Source of the DNA: Podarcis muralis | Lineage: Eukaryota | Assembly (NCBI RefSeq): GCF_964188315.1 | Contig: NC_135664.1 | Coordinates: 75,020,001 to 75,084,000 of the forward strand | DNA: 64,000 nucleotides | Direction: 5' to 3' | Shown here: positions 1 to 11,729 of the stretch, in pieces | Layout of the letters: every line of letters starts with the position of its first letter | Position numbering within the stretch: position 1 is the first letter of the stretch | Program-made: the position numbers and the translations under genes | The notes under the pieces: generated by a model | The model's input: the letters and a program-made list of their open reading frames with translations, nothing else | The model's database searches: none | What the model was told of the DNA's origin: nothing

Positions 1-350
1 CTGGACTCAGTGGTCCACATAGCCTTGGCCTCCAATTTACACTTCTGCGGGGCCTTCCAGATCCACCACATCTTCTGCAACCTCTCACCACTGCTGAAAA
101 TTGCCTGCTGGAACAAGCGCATCAGCAAAATTACCGTTCACATAGCCACCATCTTTATGGGCCTGGGCGCATTCCTGGTAGTCGTCATCTCCTACGTCTA
201 CATCTTGGCTTCCATCTCGCCAATCTGCTCCAACAAGCGGGCAGCGCAAGGCTTTCTCCCACATGATAGTGGTCGTGGAAGTGGATTGGTGAACTACAAC
301 CACCCCAGCACAGGCTACTTCTTGGAGGTTGACACCTTGATCTCCACCAT
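1..350 (+). pseudogene. Olfactory receptor pseudogene, 3' part (TM4 to start of TM7); 5' part outside window
   Basis: Translates as LDSVVHIALASNLHFCGAFQIHHIFCNLSPLLKIAC... like neighbouring ORs. Frameshift near 235-245, KAFS without the TCASH motif, deletion in TM6, and homology lost after TLISTM (no PMLNP/YSLRN). Confidence 0.9.
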
Positions 351-545
351 GTGGCCTTTGGGGCCAGCTAATATAAATATATAAAGCCATTTTATTTCCC
401 CAGAGAAACTTGGAAAATACTCTTCATTTTAAAATCTTCATTTATTTTCCGTTGCCGCTGACATCTTTTGTTATGACTAAAGCTTTATATTTTGTTGCTC
501 ACAGCTGTGTTTCTTTTTAATGTAAGTGATCCAGAAAATGTTGTT

Positions 546-1027
546 GTTGGGTGGCAAATAAATATTGTCAATAAAAAACAAATACACAAATACACAAACA
601 AAACCACCAGTGCTTGTGCATTGTGCTTGGATGCTGAGTTAAGCCAAATCTTGTACTCTGTTGTGGTGAGTTTGGTGGGTAGGAAGAGCAGGGATTGGTA
701 GGTTCGTGAGCAAGTGTAAATCTGTGGGACCCTTCCCCAACTGTGTGAAGAAGCTTGCCAGAAGAAGAGTATCTTCAGCTGTTTCCAGATAATGCAAATA
801 ATGGGCATCTGCCCTAACTGAACACAGATGCTGTACCAGCAGCAGGGCCTTGTCAGTAGTGGCGCCCGCCCTGTAGAACGCCCTCCCATCAGAGGTCAAG
901 GAAATAAATGGCTATCTTTTAGAAGACACCTGAAGGTAGCCCTGTTTAGGGTAGTTCATAATGTTTGGTGTTTTATCGTGCTTTTAATATTCTGTTGGGA
1001 GCCGCCCAGAATGGCTGGGGTATAAAT
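546..1027. repeat. Copy 1 of a ~480 bp local tandem duplication containing an L2-type 3' fragment; copy 2 is 1040-1220 + 6056-6071 + 6387-6670
   Basis: gggtggc..aaatattgtcaataaaaaacaaatacac..gacccttcccca(a/g)c..gaagcttgccag..gcccagaatggctgg occurs twice; copy 2 is split by the copia and a CR1 insertion. Confidence 0.85.
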
Positions 1028-1220
1028 ATGTAAGTGTGCTGTTGGGTGGCATATAAATATTGTCAATAAAAAACAAATACACAAACAAAACCTTGTGCAT
1101 TGTGCTTGGATGCTGAGTTAAGCCAAATCTTGTACTCTGTTGCGGAGAGTTGGGTGGGTGGGAAGAGGTGGGATTGGTAGGTTCATGAGTATGTATAAAT
1201 CTGTCGGACCCTTCCCCAGC

Positions 1221-1894
1221 TGTGAGGGGAACCAGAGCTTACAGGGTTAAACAGCTCAGTTCCATCATCCTGCCTATGAGGGGTGGAGAGATCCACATCC
1301 GGGATCTGTTTCTTTGTTCTGTCTGTACTTTCATTTTTGTCTGGGACGGAGGATGTCTTTCTCTCTGGAAACTGGCTGAATTTATTGCTGCTGTAAATAA
1401 AGCTTTTAGCATATAAGGAAGCTGAGTGGAATCTTGATTTATGCATACAGTGGTGCCTCGCAAAACGAAATTAATCCGTTCCGCGAGTCTCTTCGTCTTG
1501 CAGTTTTTTCATCTTGTGAAGCACGGCTTTTAGCGGCTTAGCGGCTATTAGCGGCTTAGCGGCTATTAACGGCTTAGCGGCTTAGCGGCTATTAACGGCT
1601 TAGCGGCTTTAAGAAAAAGGAAACAAACTCGCAAGAACTCGCAAGACGTTTCGTCTTGCGAAGCAAGCCCATAGGGAAATTCGTCTTGCGGAATGACTCA
1701 AAAAACGGAAAACCCTTTCGTCTAGCAAGTTTTTCGTCTTGCGAGGCATTCGTCTTGCGGGGCACCACTGTACTATGCACACACAGAGGGCAGAAGGCCA
1801 ATTCACTGTGTTTTACTCTGCTGTGCTCAGAGTTCCAAAGAGCAGAGATACACGACGGAAGCCTGCAGGACCTTCACCCTGAGCAATATTTACA
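1221..1894 (+). repeat. Copia 5' LTR (~349 bp excluding the nested MITE)
   Basis: tgtgaggggaaccagagc...gagcaatatttaca aligns with 5705-6055 at roughly 90% by eye. Confidence 0.93.
1448..1770. mobile_element. Tc1/mariner (Tigger/pogo-like) MITE inserted in the 5' LTR
   Basis: TIR cagtggtgcctcgc / gcggggcaccactg, TA duplication at 1446-47 and 1771-72, absent from the 3' LTR; internal ttagcggc(ta) tandem repeat ~1528-1608. Confidence 0.92.
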
Positions 1895-1909
1895 GGTTAT
1901 GGACTAGTC
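1895..1909 (+). promoter_or_regulatory. Copia primer-binding site, half-tRNA(Met-i) type
   Basis: ggttatggactagtc immediately after the 5' LTR, resembling the GGTTATGGGCCCAG PBS of Drosophila copia-type elements. Confidence 0.75.
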
Positions 1910-2112
1910 ACGCTCCAAAGGCAAGGGAGCTTTCTGCGAAGCCTGCGCTGTGCCTGTGTCCTTAAAGAGCTGCAGAGAAATCCAGCTGGAGCTTCTTCTA
2001 TGCTGCGTGCCTTTTAAGGCAAGGCAGAGTGCTCACTGGGAAGAAAGGATCTTGCTGAAGGAAGCATCCGCTTGAAGCCAGCTAGCGTGAGTACTAATGT
2101 CCGGGGGAGGAG

Positions 2113-2478
2113 ATGGCAGAGCTTCAGGAGACCTTTAATGTCCCATTTGAAAGGCTCAATGGGCAGAATTGGGAGTACTGGTCCCGAAGAATGAGGGCAT
2201 GGCTTCTGGCCAAAGGGCTCTGGCACTGCACACAAGCCCCACTGACCCAGGCTGCAAACGGAGCTGCTGCAGCAGACGTGGAGGCTGCTCTGAAGAGAGA
2301 TCAGTGGGTGCTGTGTATGCTGAGAGCTAGCGTGGACGCTTTGCTGTTGCAGCACCTTGAGGGTCTCAAGATGGCTCAGCCTGCTTGGCAGGTGCCGGAG
2401 AGGATTTGTGAAACCACAGCGGGAGCCAAGGGCCACGTTTCTTGGAGCTGCTTCTTTGGCTTCTTTGCTTCTATGTGA
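2113..2478 (+). pseudogene. Copia gag N-terminal fragment
   Basis: FERLNGQNWEYWSRRMRAWLLAKGLW is a typical copia gag N-terminus; no CCHC knuckle visible downstream. Confidence 0.8.
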
Positions 2479-2789
2479 CGAAGAGGCCTGTAGACAGAGA
2501 GCAGGGGTTTGAGCAGGCCCAGGCTGTCCTGCATCCAAGAGTGGGGGTGCAGGGAGGAGTGGAGACACTGTGAAAGCTTTTGCTTCGAGACGTTGCTACA
2601 GATGCAGGTCCCCCTCCCATCTCATGAGTAGAGGCACCAGAATGATCCAAGGTCATCTCCCATGGCAACCACCAGATTAGCACATCTGTGAAGCGTGGGA
2701 AGCCGAGAAAAAGGGGAACTGGCAGAGACGGTTTGGAGCAAAGGCACTTGGCAGCTTCCATGGCAACAGTCAAGGACTGTGACCAGGGC

Positions 2790-5620
2790 AACATGCTGAC
2801 CTTTGTGATTGACAGTGGAGCATCACACCACCTAGTGCCCTCTGGTGGTTTTTTGTGTAACTGCACCTCTGTAAACTCGGGGGGGGGGGAGTTGCCTTGC
2901 AGATGGAAGCAAACATGCTTTGACTATGTCTGGCTCACTGTCTTGTTCTTTCTTACAGGCGTCGATTGAGGCTTACATTGTCCCCGAATTGTCCTGCTGC
3001 TTGTTATCTGTTTCTGCTCTTGTTGCTGATGGTTTCAGAGTTTGTTTTGAGAATAACATGTCTCATTTCCAGGGGTGGGCGACAGCTGATCAGTGTGGAA
3101 TGCAAAGATAGACTGTTTGTGCTACAAACCTCTCTTGCAGGTCCAAGTACCACTAAGGCAGCACAAGCTCAATGTGCCAACGTTACAGTCCATGATGCGT
3201 GCCACCATATTTGGCACAAAAGAATGGGTCAAGTGAACTGGGGATACGTGAAGAAGATCCCAGAGTGCACTGAGGGGTGCAAAATGAAGTCATGTGCCAA
3301 ATTTCTTGATTTCAGGGCCTGTAAACAGGCAAAAGTGAAAACATGTTCTTATCCTAGGTCTGACAGGGTAACCACCAAACCCTTTGAACTGGTCACGCAG
3401 ATTTGTGTGGCCCTATGCCAGTGGCCAGTCTGGGTGGGGCCAAATTTGCTCTTTCTCTGGTGAATGATTTTTCATGAAATGGCTGGATTTTCACAATCAA
3501 ACACAAGAGTGAGGCTGCATTGATAGTGAGAGACTGTATAACAGCAGTTGAGTTGCAATACTCATTGCGTGTTAAGAGCTTTCATTCGGATCTCGGTGGG
3601 GAGTTCACCAGGTCTGCGCTGCAGAGTTTCTTCTGCCAGAAGGGGATACGCCATAAGTTGACTGTCGTGCACAGTCCCCAACAGAATGGTGTTACAGAAT
3701 GCAAGAACAGAATGCTTCAGGAGATGTCCGCAACTTTGCTTTTTGATGCTGGGCTCCCACAGAGGTTTTGGGGGGAAGCATGGCGGAAAGCTTCGTTCAC
3801 TTTGAATCATTCTTTCGGTTCTGTTGTAGGGGACACACCCTATTTTCTGCTGCAAGGCAAGAAGCCCAAGGTGCATTTCTTCCATGTGTTTGGCTGCAAG
3901 GCTTGGGTCCTTGTGCCAAAGGCCAAGTGCAGAAAAGGTGGCCCTAGGTCCCAAAAGATGATTTTCTGTGGGTATGAGCCAGAGACCAAGGGGTGGAGAT
4001 TTGCCTATCCAAATGGCAATCAGTCCAGGGTTCTAATCAGCAGGAGTGCTGAGTTCTGTGAACAGAGTGGGTGGACCCGTATACATGGGAACCCGACATT
4101 CTTTCAGGGAGTCTGCTTGATTCTGCTGATGAAGAAGAGGTAGAGGCTGAACCTGCTGCTGAGACACAGAGTCCTGACCCAGAGCAGGAACAGGGAAGAG
4201 CTTCTCCTAAAGCTGTGAAGCTTGAACAGAGAAGTGCTCCTTCCTCACCCACAGGTCCAGCTGAGAAGTCCAGAAGGCACAGTAAGTCAGAGGGGGAATT
4301 CTCTGACAGCAAGGAGTTCTGAGTACAAGGCTAGGCTAGTAGCCAGAGGTTTCACACAGCGGAAGGGGCTGCATTACATTGAGGTATATGCTCCCACTTC
4401 CAGGAGTGAAACTCTGCGCATGCTCTTAGTCATTGCTGCACAAAGATGTTTTCAGGTGCATCACTTTGATGTGGATGTGGCCTACTTGAACTCAGACCTC
4501 CAGGAGGATCTGTACATGCTTCCTCCTCCAGGGTTTGAAGGCTGGGTGCTGTGTGGAAATTTCACAAGTCAATTTACAGGCTGAAACAGTCGGCCAGGAC
4601 TTGGAACTTGCTTCTGAATGAAGTCTTAGAGTAGTTAGGTTTCAAGAAGAGTCTTGCTGACAGCTGCCTGTACCCAAAAGTGTCAGGAGAGTCACAATAA
4701 CTGGTCTTGGTGTTTGTAGATGACATAATTCATGTCTCAAGGGCAGACAAACAGGTGCAGAAGTTTGCCAAAGAGCTTGGAAAACGTTTTCAACTCAAGA
4801 ACCTGGGTGCAGTGAAGGTCTACCTAGGGGTACAGATAGACAGGTCTGAAGATGGAAGCTTCTTGCTCAGTCAGAAAGGCAAGATTAAGCAGTTGCTCGA
4901 GAATTTAAGAATGTCTGATTGTGCAGGGGTTAGGACACCCATGGATACAAGCTACATGAAAGACAGTCAGATAGGAGAACACGTTGAGTTCGAGAATGCT
5001 GAGATCTTTCAGTCAGCTTTGGGTAGTCTGTTGTATCTTTCCCAGTGGAGCAGGCTGGACATTGCTTTTGCTACCAATCTGCTTAGCCAGGAAGCTACAA
5101 AACCCAGTGTAAATGCCTGGAATGGTATTAAGCGGGTGCTGAGATACCTGCAGGATACCAAAGACGTCCTGCTCAAACTGTCAGCTACTGGTGACGCCAA
5201 GCTCACTTGTTGAACAGATAGCGACTGGGCGAATCTGGATGATAGGAAGTCTGTATCTGGAATGGTAATAAAGTTTGGGGAATCTTCAGTTGGGTGGAAG
5301 TCCCAGAAGCAGAGTCTCATTGTGCTGTCCTCTACTGAAGCTGTGTTCAGCTCACTGTCAGAGTTGTGCCGGAAACGGGAGTTCTACAGGTGTCTGGTTC
5401 AGGAAATCTGCAGGGAGTGTTGCTTGCCCATCACTGTTTGGGAGGACAATCAACCCTGTATGAAGTTGGCAGAATCTGGGCAGTCTAAGGCCAGAACCAA
5501 ACATCTGGACATACGTTTCCAGAATGTGTGTCAGAGTGTTCAAACAGGCTTGGTGAAGTTGCAGTACCATCCAAGCCAAAGGAACTTAGCAGATGGGTTC
5601 ACAAAACCTTTGCGCTTCTA
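2790..5620 (+). pseudogene. Copia pol (PR-IN-RT-RNaseH), frameshifted
   Basis: Motifs spread over ORF fragments 2688-2969, 2966-3463, 3520-4143, 4222-4584, 4707-5213 and 5262-5621. Confidence 0.92.
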
Positions 5621-5695
5621 GCGTTGTGGGGAGTTGTGTGAAGGTTTGGTTCTGGGGTAAGTGGTGATACTTACAAGCCCCCAGCAGCACAGGAC

Positions 5696-5704
5696 GAGAG
5701 GGGG
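5696..5704 (+). promoter_or_regulatory. Polypurine tract
   Basis: gagaggggg directly before the 3' LTR TG. Confidence 0.8.
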
Positions 5705-6055
5705 TGTGAGGGGAACCAGAGCTTACAGGGTTAACCAGCTCAGTTCCATCGTCCTGCCTCTGAGGGATGGAGAGATCCACATCCGGGATCTGTTTCTTTG
5801 TTCTGTCTGTACTTTCGTTTTTGTCCGGGACCGAGGATGTCTTTCTCTCTGGACACTGGCTGAATTTCTTGCAGCTATAAATAAAGCTTCTAGTGAAGAA
5901 AGAAGCTGAGTGGACTCTTGATTTATGCACACTATGAAAGCACAGAGGGCAGAAGGCCAGTTCACTGTGTTTTACTCTGCTGTGCTCAGAGGTCTGAAAG
6001 AGCAGAGATGCACAATGGAAGCCTGCCAGACCTTCACCCTGAGCAATATTTCACA
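5705..6055 (+). repeat. Copia 3' LTR (351 bp)
   Basis: tgtgagggg...atatttcaca, direct repeat of the 5' LTR. Confidence 0.93.
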
Positions 6056-6071
6056 CCAACTGCATGAAGAA

Positions 6072-6386
6072 TCATAGAATCATAGAGTTGGAAGAGACCA
6101 CAAGGGCCATCAAGTCCAACCCCCTGCCAAGCAGGAAACACCATCAGAGCACTCCTGACATATGGTTGTCAAGCCTCTGCTTAAAGACCTCCAAAGAAGG
6201 AGACTCCACCACACTCCTTGGCAGCAAATTCCACTGTCAAACAGCTCTTACTGTCAGGAAGTTCTTCCTAATGTTTAGGTGGAATCTTCTTTCTTGTAGT
6301 TTGGATCCATTGCTCCGTGTCCGCTTCTCTGGAGCAGCAGAAAACAACCTTTCTCCCTCCTCCATATGACATCCTTTTATTTATTT
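6072..6386 (-). mobile_element. CR1 LINE 3' fragment, same family as the 39.6 kb and 49.2 kb copies
   Basis: Reverse complement of ~42530-42850 including the (ATTCTATG)n tail; 5 bp TSD aagaa at 6067-6071 and 6387-6391. Confidence 0.92.
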
Positions 6387-6474
6387 AAGAAGCTTGCCAG
6401 AATAAGAGTATCTTCAGTTGTTTCCAGAAAATACAAATAATGGGCATCTGCCCTATCTCAACATGGATGTTGAA

Positions 6475-6668
6475 CCAGCAGCAGGGCCTTCTCAGCAGTG
6501 GCGTCCACTCTGTGGAACGCCCTCCCATCAGATGTCAAGGAAATAAACGACTATACGACTTTTAGAAGACACCTGAAGGTAGCCCTGTTTAGGGAAGTTT
6601 ATAATGTTTGATGTTTTATCATGATTTTAATATTCTGTTGGGAACTGCCCAGAATGGCTGGAGTATAA

Positions 6669-6717
<49 letters not shown>
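6475..6717 (+). mobile_element. L2-type LINE 3' end with (ATT)n tail
   Basis: gggccttctc..gtggcg..ctgtggaacgccctcccatcagatgtcaagg..gttgggaactgcccag; same family at ~840-1027 and 63480-63790. Confidence 0.7.
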
Positions 6718-6719
<2 letters not shown>

Positions 6720-8199
6720 CAAAACAGGGGCAGCCACTCTGAAGGCACTGCTCCAAACTGCCATGGACTAGGCTTTGGATATTTTAGGGACTTCAAGGAT
6801 AGCCTTTCCTGCAGAACATAGTGACCTCCTGGGACTATAAGGGATAATGTGGCCTTAGACAAAGTGTTCCTTGCTAGTGGGAGTTTGCCTCCATGGAAGA
6901 AGACTCTCTTCCCCTCTGGTCCAGGCACACCCCAGGACGCTGGCAGCCTCCCAAAAGCTGTGCCCTTCCACATCTCCTGCGTTGGCTACTGCTTCCACCT
7001 TTTACTAGCCACGGTCACTAGAGTCTCTCACCTAGGATGATCTCCTCCTCTTTCTCCAAACTGCCTACAACGTTGGTGGCTGGCAGGTGAGAGATAGAAT
7101 TTTAATTTCCCCATAGCTCTTCCTTCCTTGCTTTCTCACCTGGCTTAGCAACATCCACACAAGAGCTCTTATGGTGAAAATGAGTCTCAAAGGGAATTTC
7201 AATCTCGCCAGGAGGACACACTTTCCATAACATGACTTGATAGCTCTGAGGTTACTGCTGGCCTCCTGCCCCCTCCCTACCAGCAATTAAGGGTGCCCCA
7301 GTTAAAGGACACCATCCATTCTGCTTGGCTCTATCATACCTGCAAAAAAAATCCTACCCCCATGGGACATTTTGATTCACTGCAGCTGGAGCCTTCCTCT
7401 GGGTGCACAGATATCCCCATGGTCCACACACAAGGTAACAATTGCTCCCTTATAAGGAAAGACAGCCAGCAACCCACAAGGCAGGCAGCAGAGAAGTTTG
7501 CTCACATGGGCCCTGGTGTCACCATGAGATCTTCATGGCCCTTTCTTGGTGTCACATTTGGAGAAGAGATTTTGCCTAAGCTGCCTCCTCACATCTGGTT
7601 GCATTTAGAACTCCTAGTAGTGTTCTGAACTCCTAGTTTTCTGAAGGAAAACATCAGGAACCTTCTGCTTGTTTCCAGGCAGAATAAAAACTTACTTGTT
7701 GGCTAGAAACGTCCAGCCTGCACCAGCTTGTATCACACAGAGACGCTTCCAGAACCCTCTGGAAATAGAATAGGAAAGATCTCTACGCATCAGATCAATA
7801 CTTACTACACCAAAGAATGCAAGCAGACAAGTCTATCCATGGCTACTGGCCGAGGTAGCTAAACTTTAGCCAGAGATCTCAGAGCACTGAAGAACACTTG
7901 CTGGGCTCACACACATCGCCTTTCTCACAAGAGGCAGCTGTGGAGTGGGAGAGGGAGACGTGTGAGTACACCGAGAAGAGACAGGCGCTGAACAGGAAAA
8001 GGTGACTGTTTTGAACAATGGCAGGGGTCCGAGTAAATCAAGGATGCACAGATGCAGAATTGTGTTTTCAAATAATTCCAGAAGTTAGAATAAAGCAGGA
8101 ATGGAGGAAAGCAGAGGGGGTGGGGTGGTGATTTCCAACAAGGGCAAAGGTGTGAGTAGAGTGATCAGGGGGTGATGTGGGGAGAGATATAAGAAATAT

Positions 8200-8450
8200 C
8201 ATATCAGATAAAGTAAATATTAAAAAAATAAAAGAAATTAAAAACCCTACAATACTGTTTACAAATTCAATAAAACATCCAAATGTGGGATTTCTCAAAT
8301 CCCTTACTTCCCTCTGCCCCTTCCCAGGGTTCCATTATTTCATCATAAATTCACGCATGTCTGTGTAATAGTATTCATCTTATTGTATCCAATTATATCT
8401 TTTATAATCATATTGCAAATGTTTCGTAAAATCCTGCCAAGGGAGATGGC
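8200..8450 (-). mobile_element. L1-type LINE 3' end remnant
   Basis: Reverse complement (ttggcaggattttacgaaacatttgcaat..gggaag..gatttgagaaatccca) resembles the L1 3' region at 57190-57400. Confidence 0.45.
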
Positions 8451-8948
8451 AATTCAAAAGAAGGGTTGATTACAGAGTAAAGGGAGCTTCAAAATGCTCT
8501 GTGGTGCGAGTTTTCTGGTGTTCAGTTCTATGTTCTACCAGTCTCTATTTCTGCTTGTAGAAATTGACTTGTTGGCTTTTGAAAAACAAACCCCCTCAGT
8601 GTCTTTCCATGCCTGCTTTCTTCAAACCTCTGCCATTATTAAAACCCACAATTTTGGTCCCTTTCTCCCTACACTCCACTTGAACTTCTGTCATTGTTTC
8701 TTCTGCCTTATTTACTAACAGTAATTAGCCAGAGTGTTGCTTTTGCATTTTTGTGGATTGTTTCTGTAAAGCAAGAAACCATGCACTCCAACTGTGGTTT
8801 AAAGGTATGGATCTGGCTCTATATTTACCTAGAAAACATGAAAAAGAACGTTGGGTGGGACAGATATCTGTTTATAACAGGATGACTACTACTGGGCTTC
8901 CTTCAACTTCACTTTTCTCTCTCCTCAGATCCCCCTCTTTCCTTCCTC

Positions 8949-9884
8949 ATGGATGCAGAGAATCAAACGCAGGTAGAAGAGTTTATCTTCTTGGGTCTCT
9001 CCAGAGCCCCAGGCGACCAAGCTCCCCTCTTCTTGGTCTTCCTAGCTGCCTATTTGGCCATCGTCACGGGCAACCTCATGATATTAATCGTGGTCTTGAT
9101 GGATTCGCGCCTTCACAGCCCCATGTACTTTTTCCTCAGTCACCTGTCTTGCTTGGACATTTGTGTTTCTTCTGTTGTTGTCCCAAAGATCCTGGTGAAC
9201 TTCCTGCGCCAGAGTCACACCATCTCCTACAACCAGTGCATGGCACAAACATTCTTTTTGATCGGGTTTTTTGGAAGTGAGCCTGCCCTGTTGGCCGTCA
9301 TGGCCTATGACCGCTATGCCGCCATTTGCCAGCCATTGCACTACAGCCGTCTCATGAGGCACAGGCTGTGCATCTATCTCGCTGTGGCCTCCTGGGTCTG
9401 GGGCTTCCTGGACTCAGCAATTCACGCTGCGTTGGCCACCAAGCTTCGCTTCTGTGGAGCCAACCAGATTCCACAAATCTTTTGCGATGTTCCCCCACTG
9501 TTGAAGATCGCCTGCAGTGATACGAGCATCAATGAACTGGCCACTCACATCACCAGCATCTTTGTGGGCCTGGCTCCCTTCCTCTTCATCATCTTCTCCT
9601 ATTTCTACATCCTGGCCTCCATTCTGAAGATTCACTCCAACACTGGCAGGAAGAAAGCCTTCTCCACCTGTGCCTCACACTTGGTTGTGGTCACCCTCTG
9701 TGTCGGAAACGGATTCGTAAACTACAACCGCCCAAGCACCGGCTACTCTCTGGAGATAGACACAGTGCTCTCCGCAATGTATTGCATCGTCACCCCCATG
9801 CTGAACCCCCTCATCTACAGCCTCCGCAACAAGGAGGTGAAGGATGCCCTGAGGAAGGTTCTGAACTGCCGGAGGACAGTTTGA
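8949..9884 (+). CDS. Olfactory receptor OR-A (class II, OR5V1-like at family level), 311 aa, intact
   Basis: N-glycosylation site NQT and motifs LHSPMYFFLSHLS, MAYDRYAAIC, KAFSTCASH, PMLNPLIYSLRN; pyrimidine tract + AG acceptor at 8927-28 just upstream. Confidence 0.97.
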   Translation: MDAENQTQVEEFIFLGLSRAPGDQAPLFLVFLAAYLAIVTGNLMILIVVLMDSRLHSPMYFFLSHLSCLDICVSSVVVPKILVNFLRQSHTISYNQCMAQTFFLIGFFGSEPALLAVMAYDRYAAICQPLHYSRLMRHRLCIYLAVASWVWGFLDSAIHAALATKLRFCGANQIPQIFCDVPPLLKIACSDTSINELATHITSIFVGLAPFLFIIFSYFYILASILKIHSNTGRKKAFSTCASHLVVVTLCVGNGFVNYNRPSTGYSLEIDTVLSAMYCIVTPMLNPLIYSLRNKEVKDALRKVLNCRRTV

Positions 9885-10374
9885 ATCTCATTTCTGGCTC
9901 TCTGTAGGGCAGGGCTTCACTGGAACATGTCTGCTGGGAACAGTGAAATTGATGAGTGGGAATTAAGGAAGAGGGAGAAACTATAGACAAAGTCACTGTC
10001 AGGGACTGGACTCAAGAGGGCGAGGGGGAGATGGAATGGTGAGACCACCACCCCCTTCTCCTGATGCTCCTGAAGGAGAGGAATGCAGTATTGAATTTCA
10101 GCAGGGCTTTGAGGAGTTTGAGGGAAGCTCCAGCTCAGAGACAGCCCAACAGAAGAGTTGGGGAGTGTTAGAAGAAGGGGAGAATGTGGAAGGGGGACCA
10201 GCTGACACATTGTCACTGGAGAGTATTTCTGGTCAGGGGCTCTCAGAGCCAAGAGAAGGATGAGCCCAAACAGAGTGCAGAATGTGGGGAGGATGATCAC
10301 AGGGAGAAGGCCAGAGGACCATGGAGTATTTGTGCAGCTGGTTCTTCCTGTTCAACTGCCTTGCATTTGCTCCT

Positions 10375-10775
10375 ATTGAATTTCATTCAGTTATGACCCA
10401 GTTGCACATGTGCTAAGGTCATCTTGAATCCCAATTCTGTCCTCTGCAGCATTAGCTACCCCTCCTAACTTGGTGTCATCTGCAAATTGGATGAGCATCC
10501 TCTCAGTTCCTTCATCCAAATCATTTATAAAGACATTAAACAACAGCGGACCCAGGAAAGTAGCCTGCGGTACCCCACTAATCTCTCTGGGATGATGAGG
10601 AACCATTAATGAGTACTCTCTGGGTTTGGTCATGCAACCAGCTACAAATCCACCTAACAGCTACCTCATCCAGCCCATGTTCTACCAGCTTCTTGGGGGA
10701 CTTTGTCCACAGCCTTACTGAAATCAAGATACGCTACGTCCACAGCATTCCCCTGATCCACCAAGCATGTTTATC
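10375..10775 (-). mobile_element. Old CR1 RT fragment
   Basis: Minus strand encodes [30 protein letters not shown]. Confidence 0.88.
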
Positions 10776-10818
10776 ACAGTCAAAAGTGAATACATGGAAA
10801 TATGAAAGAATACTAAAG

Positions 10819-11325
10819 TTGTTGTTGTTGTTTAGTCGTTTAGTTGTGTCCGACTCTTCATGACCCCATGAACCAGAGCACGCCAGGCACTCCTGTCTTC
10901 CACTGCCTCCCGCAGTTTGGTCAAACTCATGCTGGTAGCTTCGAGAACACTGTCCAACCATCTCGTCCTCTGTCGTCCCCTTCTCCTTGTGCCCTCCATC
11001 TTTCCCAACATCAGGGTCTTTTCCAGGGAGCCTTCTCTTCTCATGAGGTGGCCAAAGTCTTGGAGCCTCAGCTTCACGATCTGTCCTTCCAGTGAGCACT
11101 CAGGGCTGATTTCCTTAAGAATGGATGCGTTTGATCTTCTTGCAGTCCATGGGACTCTCAAGAGTCTCCTCCAGCACCATAATTCAAAAGCATCAATTCT
11201 TCGGCGATCAGCCTTCTTTATGGTCCAGCTCTCACTTCCATACATCACTAATGGGAAAACCAGAGCTCCAACTATACGGACCTTTGTTGGCAAGGTGATG
11301 TCTCTGCTTTTTAAGATGCTGTCTA
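10819..11325 (-). mobile_element. RTE BovB LINE 3' fragment
   Basis: Encodes RDITLPTKVRIV..YGSESWTIKKADRRRIDAFELWCWRRLLRVPWTARRSN; (CAA)n tail at the left end. Confidence 0.93.
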
Positions 11326-11729
11326 CTAAAGTCAAAGCCCGTAAAAGCCCAACTCTCTTCAACATGCAAAGGAGTGTGGCATGCTGAGTTCAGACAGTAG
11401 GGTTTCCCTGGACTTTCTGCTTCCACTATATGGCAGGATGCATTTTCTTTACAGCTTTGTGCATATGGAGAGAGGCTGAGCAAGAGATGGAAGGTTCATG
11501 ATGCCAGAGCACTGCATTCTTGCGGAGAGAAAGCCAAACTTTTATGTCAGTGGTTCCCAAACATTTTGGAGTCAGTACCTGTAATATTTCTGGGTCCAAC
11601 AAGAGGTATCGAAAATGAGGAGTCGTTTTATTTTACAAACTTTTATTCAGAGGAGCCTCTAAGCTGTTAGAGAATCCACTAGGGCAGGGGTGGCCAAGAG
11701 AGGTTCAGGTCAAAGTTGTTGAGCTTTTT

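Larger units (their letters stand above)
1221..6055 (+). mobile_element. Ty1/copia LTR retrotransposon, both LTRs present, coding region decayed
   Basis: Direct TG...CA LTRs, 5 bp TSD ccagc (1216-1220)/ccaac (6056-6060), PBS and PPT. Domain order gag, protease (VIDSGAS), GAG-pre-integrase, integrase (HSDLGGEF..PQQNG), RT (YKARLVARGF, FVDD), RNase H (DWA..DRKS, KHLDI), i.e. integrase before RT. Several stops and frameshifts. Confidence 0.95.

Noticed and set aside
1528-1608. Short tandem array as a CRISPR-like structure
   Set aside because: Eukaryotic DNA, no unique spacers, and it lies inside a MITE.
6720-7700. Unique GC-moderate sequence with short ORFs (also 19200-19550)
   Set aside because: No recognisable protein similarity or consistent exon frame; more likely OR 5' regulatory or UTR sequence.
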